Below, in pieces: positions 10,756 through 22,429 of a DNA stretch of 64,000 nt. This stretch comes from Podarcis gaigeae (taxonomy: Eukaryota). The stretch is taken from NCBI GenBank assembly GCA_964106915.2, contig OZ066921.1; one strand, given 5' to 3'. The notes beneath the pieces are model-generated. The model saw only the letters and a program-made list of their open reading frames with translations, had not been told where the DNA came from and made no database searches. The first letter of the stretch is position 1, and each line of letters opens with the position of its first letter. A program made the position numbers and the translations under genes.

Positions 10756-13700
10756 TCCCTCGAACGATACACGTGAACATTAAAGAAAGAGGCAAAGTTT
10801 TACAATAGACTAAGCTTAATTCAAACAAACAAAGGAAGCGCAAAAGAACAGAAGTTCAAGTAAGAGTTCCTTAACCAAACACTGCAACACTTCCATCAGT
10901 AGTTAGCAAACAAGAGCTTGAACCTGATGAAGCAATGAGAACAAGTCACCTATTTAAAAGGAAGCTTACAAGCATAGTTTAGTTTGGTGGGAACCAGGGC
11001 AGTGCAAGCTCTGATGGATCCCCAGGGGCATCAGATCCTAGAACTTACTGATTTTACCACTGTTTTGGATCATCCATTTTTAAACTGAAACATGTTGACC
11101 ACAGAAACTGCCCAAATCAGACAAATTTGTCCTGTTTTTCCTAAACCATCTCAGAATTGCACATGAGAACACCGGCTAACTTACAACCCAAAAGATGAAA
11201 GATTTGAACATTTGTTGGTGACATCAATTCTTCATCCACCAGTAACCACACTGTGGGCTTGACCCATGAGGGGAATTTTAACCTGTTCCTTCTGTGGCTG
11301 AAAACTAAGAGGTCTCTCTCAACCAAAGTGTCCTTGAGCATGAATGGGAAAGGCCAAGAATAGAACCTGGGTGTCTCCCTAAAGTGACTCAAAACTCATT
11401 TCTAAATATGAGTGAAACTAAGCTCAGGCCCCTGTTGAGAAGGTTGCAAAGCCAAGTGACTCTTCTACTGCAAGATGCCCATTCCAAATAGCCAAGACAA
11501 GCAGGCCTCACATCTTCTCCACTGGACTCACAAGTGCAGATATGTTGGGCTCTGGTCCAATTGGGTCAAACTTTGAGCTGGAGGGCACCACAGCCCAGAA
11601 TTTCTATTCAAATCCAGGGTAAAAGAGCCAAATATTCTACTCAGCTCCAAGAGGGAGCCTTGATAGCAGAGAGGAGAGAAAGACTTTACACCCTCTTTGT
11701 GTACAGCTGGCCACAGTTTTGCTCCTATTTCAACCCTGGCAGCAATGGCAAGGACTCCCAGCCATCATTTCCTTCCCAGAGTGGAGGAGGAAGGAGCGCC
11801 TTACCCTCAATTGGACTTGCCTTTGGATGCTATCATGTAGCTCCACCATAAAGCTGAATCAGAAGCAAAACTCCAGCACTGGACAGGGGAAATTCAAAGT
11901 GGGGGAGGGGTGCCCATGGAACACAGCAGCCATCTGTAGTAATTTGAACACACACTTTATTCTAGTTTGCAGTGAACACCTCATCCTGTCAAAATGATGA
12001 TGATGATGATAGGCTTTTTGGCCTGTCCACAATGGAGATTTATATGCATTTGAAGCTGCTCGTGTCTCTGTTGTTTTAAGTATTTTGTAATGTACGCACA
12101 ATTCTCCTCATCCAATTAATCCAATCTGATTAGGGTAGAAAATTCAATATAAAATCACATATTACCGGACTGTGGACGTACATTGTGTGGATGGGTGTTT
12201 TTTTCAGCATGCGTGGCTGACATTTCCCCTGCCATTATGCTTCCATCAACCTAAAGGAATTGATGCAGCCTGCCTTTTTCACCTGTTGTTGCCTAAGTCA
12301 TGTTTGTGGTTATTGTTATTTTCAAGCAGCTCACTTGCACAGAACTGCGCTTGAAAATAATATGGAAAAATAATAATAAAATCTGCCCTTGCAGGTGCCG
12401 GAGACAGAAAAGCAAAAGGGGAGGAAAGGAAGGGGCAGGCCTTTCAGAGAGGTAGCTACAAATTCTGGCCTGACTCAAAGCCAGATGGGCACGTTCTTTT
12501 TTTTCTACTGCTCTGGCATATCAGGAAACTTGTATTACTTTTTTTTTAAAAAAAGTAAACAAAGTACCTGTATGCGTGCCCACAAGCAACCTCAGGTTTC
12601 TGGAACTGCTGATGGGTGGGGAAGTGCCAACTGAAGGGCGGGGACAGCCACACATAGCATGAGCACATCCTCCGTGAGCCACACACTAGAAACAGTGCAG
12701 AAACACTGGGACAGATTTTGGAGGCATAAAACTGAAAGTGCTCATGTGTGGAAGGAGGCACCCCAATGTGCACATGTGAAGGATGCAGTCGCTGTCTCCT
12801 GCCAGCAGAGCAGTGGAGAAGAGAGAGCCACTCAGCCCTGGCAGAGACGATGCCTCTGATCCCCTCCTCCCTGGCAGTATTCACAATTCATTTCCATCTC
12901 TCTGGCTAGAGAGGAGACCAAGATATGCAAGCACCCAGGCAGATAGCCTGCCCAAAGTCAGCCCAGCCTCTCCTGGACTGGGTGCCCCTCCCTGCCTTCC
13001 AGGGGGCCCAGCTAATCTCCCTCAGTTGCACTGGGACAGGAATAAATGCCACAGTTGCGAAGGGGAGGGGAGGAAGGAAGGACGGAGGAACCATCACTGG
13101 TGTCTCACAGTGCTCAGAAAATGTGGGGCTTGCACTCTGACACATTAAGTCATGGAAAGCACCCCACTCTCTTGAGGTGATGGCTCAGACATGTTTAACT
13201 GAGCAGTTATGGAGGGGGCTGAATGCCTGATGTGACACCCCCCCCCAAAAAAATGCATACAATCTTCTCTCCATGGGATTTAGACCTGATCTAGGGGAGC
13301 AATTTTGATGAAGGAAGAGTTAAGCATCCCCACCACCAGCAAGCATATGATCAAAGTCAGAGCCTGCACACCAACACTTACAGTCGTACTGGAATGAAAA
13401 GACCAAGAGATCCCCTCGTGGCTCTCCCATGAAATGTGCAGCTTCTCCCCCAACTGCTGACTCTCCAGAGAAAACTGTGCTTGCTGCGTCATGGTGGGCC
13501 ACTGCTGAGCCCTCCTCCCAGTGTCAGCCTCATGGTGTGAGCACCAACCAGCCTTTGTCTGGTTTTGTGAGCCAGAGGGATTGAGGGGCTGGTGGGCTGC
13601 AGGTGGTTAAAATCAACCTGTGCAAAAAGAGGCATCAGAATGCTTCACTTACCAAGAAGCATCTCAAGATCTTCCCAGCTGCCTCAATCCTTCTGTGAGA

Positions 13701-16700
13701 CAAGAAGGGCTTGTGGTCCTGATGATGATGGCTCCAAAGAGTGACTTGTTCAGGTTTACAGTATCTTGGGCTCTGGCCCCTTGTCAAAAGGAGCTTCTTC
13801 CCAGCCTCAGTTCCTTCCGTCCTTGTCCAAAACTGGCAGGCAGGCACACAGGGAGGCCAAGCCAGGGCTCTGGCCTGTTCAGTTGTTTGCAGCACCAGCA
13901 CAGCGGTAGCTGCAAGGAGAGCTTGCACTGTTCAAGGGGAAACAGGAGAGATCGTGGGACCTCCCTCTGCCTGGGACTGACTGAATCAGGCTATCTCACC
14001 GCTGCTTCTCCATGGCTCCAAGAGGCTCCCCAAAGGTGGATGTTGTACCCAAGAATGTTACAAAATCCTAAACTTTCCACAAAGGGAAGCTCTGGAACAT
14101 GAGCTTTGCAAATGTGGAGCTGTTAGTTGCTTGCCATGAGTTCACACTTTGTTTCTGTGAAAGGAGGTTTGCTTCAAACATTTGTTTCTTTTTTATTTTA
14201 AATTTTAGTGACTTATATCCTACTTATCTCCATCAATATTGGACCCAAAGCAGCTTACAAAAATGACGCCAGCTTACACAGCCCTGGAAACTTAATTGGG
14301 ATTTGAGAACAGCACCCACACCCAGACACCCCAGCGTACCCTCATTCTTTTCTTCTGAGTCTTCAGATGTAGCAAATATTTGCGTCTCCCTTCATGGCCC
14401 ATAGCAATCTTAAGTGTCCCATGAAATGTTATTTGATGCATCAGCAGGAACAATGTTTATTTTCACATTTGGACATCCTTTGGCATTCGGAGCCTGAGTT
14501 CTCCATCCCCACCACAGAGGGTAGAGAAGGCTCTGAGGCAAGAGGAAGCCATGGGAGGGACAGGGTAGCTCCTGCTGTGCTCACCAAGTCAACCCCAAGT
14601 GAACTGGATGAAGTCCCCTGGCAAGTGAGGGGGCCACCTGAAGCCCAGGCAGAGGGTTGGTTTTTCAAAGAGTGAAAGGCTGGTTGAAAGAGACATCACT
14701 GCATGTGGTCTGTGTGCCCACCCCACTTTTGCCTCTGGTCAAACAGGTTGCACAGATTCTTTGATGGTTTCAAAAACCTGCCAGACCTGTTGGACCAAAG
14801 GCAGCAACAGGTCAAATAAATATTTGGAAGCATGTGGGAACAGAATGATCTCTGGGGGTTTCTCAAGTGATGCACGGAAGACTAACTAGGATGCAAGAGA
14901 GGGAAGAAAAAAGAGGTGAGCTAGAAGCAACTTCCAGATTTTGACATGCAAGATTTTTGGCAAGATGGTTGAAGAGGGGTATGAAAAAGCAAGGGGAGAC
15001 CCCCTAATCTGGCAGCAAACAAAGTACTTGCAACAAGCAGAGTATGGAATCCCTCTCCAGCGAGGAACTCTGCATCAGGGAGGCTCAAGCGGAAGGGCTT
15101 GAACAGCTGCTTCCAACCACCCCCCAATCACCACCCCATGCACCTTGCTGAACTGCCTGGAGAGAAGCAAGTGCCAGCAGGAATTCCTCCTCCTTGTGAG
15201 AGCTCACCTGGGCACAAGGGCCCAGCAGCCAGCCTGGACACAGGAGGCTTCCCTGGCATGTGGAGCTGGGTTATAACTGTACCCCCCCCATTGCCAACCT
15301 TTTCATAAAAGGGCAGAGGCTGCTACAGGATCAGAGAGGATCTAAAGCCTGTGACAGGTCAGCATGGAAAGGAGAAGAACAGAAGCAAGTGACATTGGTG
15401 GGAAAATAAAAATGTATCTTGAAAGCTCATTCCTGGTTATCTTCAATCCTATCTCTATCACAGGCTCTCCTGTTAGCTTTCTAACACTTTCCTCCCTGTC
15501 CCCAGGAAATGCCAAGAACTCTCAAGAGGAGCCTTCCAGAAGCCCAGAGACTATAGGGTTAGATCCTAGACCCTCAAAGACACCTTCCTCTGAGCTGGAA
15601 GAACCAGGTGTCTCCCACCCACATCACCAGTCGGGAAGTGCCGGGAAGAAAGCTATGGAAAAAGGAAGGAGGGCCTGTCTTCAGCCCCAGGGTTGGCCCT
15701 TCCAGGCTCTGGAGCTTATACATTTATTCATTTTATAAAATTTATATCCTGCCTGCCTGATTTATTTATTTTTTTACAAAGTGGTCCAGCAAACTTTGAC
15801 CAGCCTCCAGTCTTGCTTGTCCGCCCCCCCCCCCGCCCCCCGTGCTCCAGCATCGGAGAACACAACACCTGGTGCGAGTCTGTGTCCAGAGAATCCAAAC
15901 AGACACAGATGTATTGCAGGGCTTGACTGGTGACAACAGATTTTGTGGTGTGCTCTGGGTGGAACAATACCCCGCAGACAATGGGAGCTTAGCCCAAAGG
16001 TATAACCATGTCTGTTCATCATCAATGTACCCAAGCTCACAACAACAAAACATTACAGACTGAGAGATGGACACAAAGGGCCAGACGAGACCAGCCCCTG
16101 GGGCAGGTCCAGAGGTCATCACTGCCCTCCAGGAAAGTGACTCTGTTCGTTTAGGTGTTGTTTCAAATCACTTAAACATCACAGTTTCAGCTGAGTGAAA
16201 AAAGAGAGGAAGTGGTGAAGGCTCCTGGTAACCTAGGAATCTTCTACTACAAGGCAGACCTCAAAGAAAAAAAAACAGTTCCCAACTGAAACCACAGCCC
16301 ATGCTGGGCAATGACACCCCCCCCTCCCAGGTCTTGGGAGGCAATGCTCTTCCACTTTCTAGGCAGGACAAACAAATCAGCATGCAAATCTAACACCAGG
16401 AATGGCAATATTCAAAAGCCAGTGATGGACTTCAAAGGGCGACTCTGCAACGTGAAACCGCTGAATTACAATTCTTCAAGAATTTATCACTGGTGGACAG
16501 TATCAGCACTATGGAATCTTATCACACAACGTACGTTAATTGGCTCACCAGTGCCAGCATGTCAGTGTTTTCAACGCAGCAGACTTCTGTGAATGAACCC
16601 TGTTCATACGGTAATTACCACTATCTGTACTTTCTGCGTTTCATTTCTTTCTGACTTCACTGTTAACAATCCCCACCAACCATGTGTATACTCAAACATG

Positions 16701-18803
16701 CATCACTCAGGACACCACTTCAAGCATCTCTAGTTCCCAAAAGCTTCTGCCGTGACAAACATGTTTTTCTTTCAGGGGCCACAAAGAGCACTCCCCCCCC
16801 CGGGGGAGGGGGGCTACCGGGCAGATAAGCGGGATTGCTGCTTGGGTGCCTCAGAGAAGCTCCAAAGCAGAAAATGCATCAAGGTGATGCTCACCCCCTT
16901 GTATCTGTAGCTCCCACATACCTGGTACTCAGAGGTGCACTCTCTCTGCCGCTTGTGTCCCCACCCCCACCATGAGCAACTTGACTACTAGTTGATTTCT
17001 TTTTATTTCCACTGCCAGCACTGTCAGGGGCTGGCACCAGCATATGTGATTTGTAAGCAGATGTTCCCATTTTTCACAGTTAGGGACTGCAAATTCAAGT
17101 TAGGCAAGCCCATTAAGCCAGTGTTGCCTACACTGACTGCCAGCAGCAGCAGCTCCTCAGTTTTAGCCAGAGATGGGTGCTTCTCAGCCCTATCTGCCAT
17201 CCGGGATTCAGACAGGAACACTGTCCCTGCAAGGCGGGTTCTCTACTTGGGGCTCATCTACATCCCTTTCTTTTTATAAACTGCCTGCCCTACTAGGCAC
17301 AAGATATTGCTCAGCCCCCTCTCCTCCATCACAGACTTGACACTAAACCCCAAAGAGCCCTCATCCCAACTGTCCCTATTTCCACAGCAGGACTGGCCAG
17401 TTTCCTCCCCACCCCACCCCTTTTGCAAAGAGCCCTTGCATTGCTCTAGCAGGCAGATGGTGCTAGCTGTCCCCCACAGCTAGCCTCAGCCCCACTGCCC
17501 ATCTTCTTGACCTAGCCCTGCCTTGGTTCTTCCCGACACCCTGGGGCTTCTCTTTACCCTCCTCTTCTGGCCGATCCATAATCTCAAGAAGGGGAAAGAC
17601 CCTTCGCTTCTGCTGCTGACTCAAAGCCAAACCTTTGCAGGTTTCCTTGGGAGGAATTCCCATTGAGCACCAGCTGGGGACTTCCATCTATTTCAGCTGG
17701 AGGAACTGTGATGCCATCCGCCTGCAAAAGTCTCAGATTGCTGCTTCAATCAAATGCGGGGCAGGAGGGGGGAGGTGTGGATCTCTGCCCACCCTCAGTT
17801 CACTAGCCTTTCTGGCAGGAAGGTTTGGGAACAACAACATGCTTCACATCTGCCAGGCTGGCTTCTAAACTATTTCCCAAAACTTGGAACAGGGAGGAAA
17901 GTGGGGGTAGAGAGATGCTTGCCATGCCCTCAAGGTCTGCTGGAGGCAAGAGGTTTCCCAGGATGGGACGGGACTCCAGTGGCTCCTCATCACTACTTCA
18001 AGAATAAATTTGACCCTGGCCTCTCCAACACCTGGGATGAGGGGGGGGGGGCAGTTCACCACTCCATCCCCTTTCAGAGAGCAGGGATGCCCCCGTCCTC
18101 TGCTCCTGCAGGACACCTGGTCTTCCAGGCGGTACCCTTGCGGCTGGAAGCATCTTTTGCCACACAAAGAGCCATCCCTCACAAAGTGCTCCTGGAAACT
18201 GGCATCACTGACTGCTCAGAGCTCCCTGGTGATGAGGCACAACCTCTCAAGCTGAGTCCTGACACACAAGACCCAGAAACGACTCTCTGCATTTCCCTTA
18301 CAAATAGAACACAGTGCAAATGTTAAGTTGCAGGGTGGTCAATTGCGGCATGCTCACTGTCCTTGGGCTGCTTTGCCTGCCCCAGGAGTCTTCCCTACCT
18401 AACAGACCCCTGAAGAAGGGGCAGCAAAGCCCAGCTCCAGCCACAGATCCACCTGTGGAAGCCTAAAGCAGGTGATTTGCAGGAAGGCGTCCTGCACAGC
18501 CAGCAGGGCACTGAAATGGCTTGTGCAAGGAAGCCAAGCCGCACAGGAAGACCAGCCCCTTCCCTTTGGAACTCTCGCCACCTTGACTCAGCCCTGTGGT
18601 CCAGATGCTGAGCAAGCCTCCCCATGCCACAGGCCCCTGTCCAAGGGAGGTCCCCCTCCTGCTCTGTGGATCAGCCAAAGCAGGAGAGGTTCTGCCAGGC
18701 CAGGGGCATGGCACGTTCCTCCTTCCCTCCCATTCCCTCCATTCTGGGAAGCCAGCATGTGTAGGGATGGCCAAGAGCCTGCGGAGATGCTGACTGGGCT
18801 CAC

Positions 18804-19068
18804 CTGTGATGAGAACGGCTCTCCCCACCGCAGGGATCCTCTTCCTCTGTGTGGCCCCTGCCAAGACAAGCCAGCAGGCGGTGCCCGTGAGAGCTGTGCC
18901 CAGGGGCAGGGGCAGGAAGGCTCGGCTGACGCCCTGCAGCAGGACCAGGAGCCCCACCTGGAGCAGCAGGCCGGGGGTCAGCAACAGGTCAGCGCGCAGG
19001 AGTTTGACGGCCAGGCTGGAGAGGAAAAGCAGCCACAGCAGGGAGCTGCACGCCCAGCCCAGCTCCAT
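18804..19068 (-). CDS. HSD11B2: HSD11B2 exon 1 (265 coding nt; membrane anchor and start of the Rossmann fold); downstream exons not in window
   Basis: MELGWACSSLLWLL...LLRADLLL...RKRIPAVGRAVLIT(G)|gtgagc resembles recalled human MERWPW...LLRSDLRL...RLPVATRAVLITG. The intron splits the SDR TGxxxGxG motif in phase 1. Strong Kozak context gctATGg. Confidence 0.88.
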
Positions 19069-19206
19069 AGCCTAGGAGGGAGGGCGGGCGGGAGGAGAGC
19101 CTGGAGCTTGCGCGAGGGGCGGAAGCAGGGGGAACCCCGGGCTTGCAAGGCAGAGGGACAGCCGGGGGAGGCCTCTGTGCAGGAGGGCCCACGGGGTGCA
19201 TCTGCG

Positions 19207-19290
19207 GGACTGGGAGATCGAAAGCGGCACCAGGTTTATAAAAGAGCAGCAGGCAAGGGAAAGGGGAGGAGCTGCCCGGGCCCTGCCAAT
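19207..19290 (-). promoter_or_regulatory. Putative HSD11B2 core promoter
   Basis: TATAAA at 19240-19235; Inr-like CCAGTCC with its A at 19211, 29 nt from the TATA start; inverted CCAAT at 19286-19290. Confidence 0.65.
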
Positions 19291-20639
19291 GGGAGAAGTT
19301 GCAGGCTCCCCTCTCTCTCGCCCTCTTTCTCCCTCTCCTCGCAGGCAGGCAGAGGCGCACATGGTGGCCCCAGGATAGAAGCAAGGGGGCCGGGAGCCGG
19401 CCGGTTCCTCCCCCCTCCCCCGCCTGGCTCCTGCCTACCATCCCTCCCACCCTCTCTCCAGCTGGAGCCTTTTTGCCCCCGTGGGGCAGCAGCCACGGCC
19501 TTGCCTGAGGAGGCTGGCCCCGAGGCCTGAGCCAGGGCTGGAGAGCTGCAGGGAGGCCCCTCCGGAGAGCGAGGCGCCCTGGCCTTCCCGCCAAAGGAGA
19601 CAGAGAGAGGGAGCCAGCGGGGCGTCGGTCGGCTTGTCCCCTAACAAGGGGCGCTGGGCAGGAGCAGGGCCCCACAATCAGCTGGTGCTGCCCTCCAGCA
19701 AGTCAGGAGGAGCTCCTCCCCCTCCGCCTACACATATTTGGGTTCTTACCAGCCAGTGTTCAAACAAGCAAAAAACACCCAGCAACTTGCAAATGCAAAG
19801 TCCAGCGGCAAAGTCCTTTCCTCTGCCCCGCCAGGAAGGTCCCAAGCCCGCCTGCCAGGGGCTTGGCTTCTTGCCTCCCTTGTGGGCAGCCCGTCCGCCC
19901 GCCGCTCTCGCAAGGAGGCCGCGGGACAACCTCGCCCGCTGGGACTCCGGCAGAGGAGCCCCCCAGCCAAGCTGGTGCTCCTGGGCCTTTCCCTGAGACC
20001 TTCAAGAGGACCCCAGAGCCCCCTGGTCCTATTCCCCTTACAGGGCATCACTGGGGCAACAGGGAGGTAAGGAGGAGGGAGCTTGCCCTTGGAAATAACT
20101 TCGCCTTCGCCGCCTCCGGGGCTTCCTCCTGGCGAGCAGGTGGCAGGAGCGGGAGGGAGCTTTCCAGGCGCTGTTCCCGGAACGTCCACCAGGTCGCGCA
20201 GCATTCCCCTCGTCAAGCCCGAAGCCGCACTTCCCCCGGAGGCTGCTGCTGCCTGCGGGGAGTCCTCAACACAGCAGGTGGCTGCGAGTTCAAGTCTCGT
20301 CTTTTAGGCTGGCAGAAAGGTTGTCAAAGGACATTCCTACCTGAATCCATTGGAGCCAGGGTTTAATGAGGCAGGAAGTGGCTGGGGGCGGGGTTGCTGG
20401 CTTTTAAAGGGGGTCCCCACTGGTCTCCCAGCCATGCAGTGCAGAGTGAGTGGAACAACCTGTTCAAGCTGGAGACCTGGGAAGTCAGAGAAATGAGGGC
20501 CCCTCTTCAGTGCAGAGATAGGCCAGAGCAGTCCATGGGAACTGGGATTGCAGGACAGTCGCTTGACACCAAGGGAGCAGCACAGGGTGCCTATAAGCTC
20601 CTCGTTTAAGATTTTTCTTTTGGGTCTCTTGGGCCCAAA

Positions 20640-20880
20640 TGGTTAAAGGGCCTTGCAAATTAAGGCAAGAACCTTGAGTTTGGCCAAGTAGCTTCTGGGC
20701 AGCCGGTGCAAGTTTTGGAGAAAGTTCTGTGCTGGCCATATCAACATTCTAGCTGCAGTGTTTTGAACCAGATGGAGCTTTCGGACCAGGCCTGAGGGCA
20801 GCCCCAGATAGAGCACATTGTAATAACTGAGTCTTGAGGTTTCTGGTGCATGCATCAGGCTACAGACAATACCCTTGATC
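20640..20880 (-). mobile_element. L2 LINE ORF2 C-terminal fragment
   Basis: Translates as RLSYYNVLYLGLPSGLVRKLHLVQNTAARML, the L2 [10 protein letters not shown] motif. Confidence 0.75.
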
Positions 20881-21224
20881 TGAACCACTGGAGGTCGTTA
20901 GGCAGGGGTATTAAAATGATCCCATTGTCATAGGATGTGTTTACCAGAGGTCATTACTCTGTCTAGCTAGGTGGCCATTCTAGCAGGACAGGGGACAGAC
21001 TCCCTGGGATGCTGCAGAAGTCCTTGCCCAAAGATGGTCCATGACTCCAAAGTTTTACAATCTGCTCAGTTTCCCAAATGCATGGCACAACCTTCCTTGC
21101 TTGAATTAAAAAGCCTTAGAAGGACGGGCAAGTCCTTTTGCAGTCTGCTTCTAGGCAAACAGGCAAAACTGTCCTGAAATGTGACATTCTTCTTCCAAAG
21201 AATGTTGTTTGGCCATCTCGGGTG

Positions 21225-21385
21225 GTGCACACACTGTACGTTTAAGGCACATGGTTTCCTCCAAAGAATCATGGGAACTGTAGTTTACCCTTCACAGGGT
21301 TCCCAGTACCTTTGACAAGTGACAGGTCCCATGTTTCTTGAGGGGGAGTTGTATGGTTTAAATGTATGACGTGTCTGCAGCCTCA
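21225..21385. mobile_element. Degenerate palindromic MITE
   Basis: Imperfect inverted arms (ccaaagaatcatgggaactgtagttt versus gacaggtcccatgtttcttgagggg). Confidence 0.45.
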
Positions 21386-22429
21386 TACCCTGATATTACA
21401 AGTCCTGCTTATTTAGGAGCGAGGGGGCCAGCTAACCATCTTTCAGATTGGGAGGGAGCACCACATCCTGGGTACCAGTAGAGTGATGGCCCTAAGGACC
21501 TGCAAGGCAGAACATTTGGGTAGCCTGTGTGGAATGTTCCTTCTAAGGCCAGCTCAGGAGACCTTGCTGTGATGCAAGGCCTGGCAAGTTTTCAGACTGC
21601 TCCCAGGCTGCATCTCACAGGACAGATTTATTCAGCTATGTTCAAAGCAAGAGGAAAAACAAGCAAGTAGTAGGTCCTCTACTCACTGGGAGAGAGTGAT
21701 GCTCAGGTCTCTTCCTGACCTGTAGGCCAGGACAAACTTAGACAGGATTGTTAATATTGAGTCTCCTGTTTCTGAAGCACGGTGGGCACAGCAGAGTGGG
21801 CAAGGGCTTTGATGTAACTAGCCCTTCTCCTCCCCCCTGTATACCTTTGGCCACCTCTGTAGGTTCCCCTATCTACCACCCCAGAGATGGCAGTCCCACT
21901 CCTGTCCCTGCCCCAGACACAGACATCCCTGACCACCTCAGAGACCAAGGACACGCATAGCAGAGGGCTGTATCTGGGGGAGCAGTCACAAAGAAGAAAC
22001 CTACAACACAAAAGTTGGACATGACTCATACCCCAGTTCATACTTAGGACAAAACCTCCACACTCCCTCCTGCTTCACACCCAGAAAAGTTCCCTGCAGG
22101 CTTGGACTCTCAGTCCAGGGACATGAAGGTGCTTTCACTTCCACCCGTCCAGACTGATTTTCCTTTGCAAATATTGATAGTCAACAGTCTTCAAATCATA
22201 CATGCATGTTTATTATTCTTCAGTATCCTCCTTGTCATCTTAATTGGAGCTTTTAGCAGAAAGGTAACAGCTAAAAGAAGGAGGACAACAAAGCAGTCAA
22301 GACCAGCTTAAACTGGACAACCTTTTATTCTCAGCCATTGCTAACCATCTGGTAGAACTGATGGAGTCACAAAATGATCAAGTCAGTGGAGCAAGTAGCG
22401 AATATTGCACAGAGGAGATCTGTTAGGAG

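Larger units (their letters stand above)
18780..20300. promoter_or_regulatory. CpG island over the HSD11B2 promoter and exon 1
   Basis: Visibly GC- and CpG-rich relative to the CpG-poor flanks, with several GGGCGG boxes; boundaries judged by eye. Confidence 0.75.

Noticed and set aside
18463-18803. C-terminal half of the 201-aa HSD11B2 ORF
   Set aside because: Read-through past a strong G|gtgagc donor; SDR similarity stops at VLITG.
18804-19068. Alternative identity as HSD17B2 or another SDR
   Set aside because: LLRADLLL and RAVLITG fit recalled HSD11B2 better, and HSD11B2 is the SDR in the human FHOD1 neighbourhood. A blastp would settle it.
18472-19530. 352-aa plus-strand ORF, the longest in the window
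   Set aside because: It is the antisense shadow of HSD11B2 exon 1 and the CpG island: non-ATG start, low-complexity G/A/P/R/Q composition, and stops are rare in GC-rich DNA.
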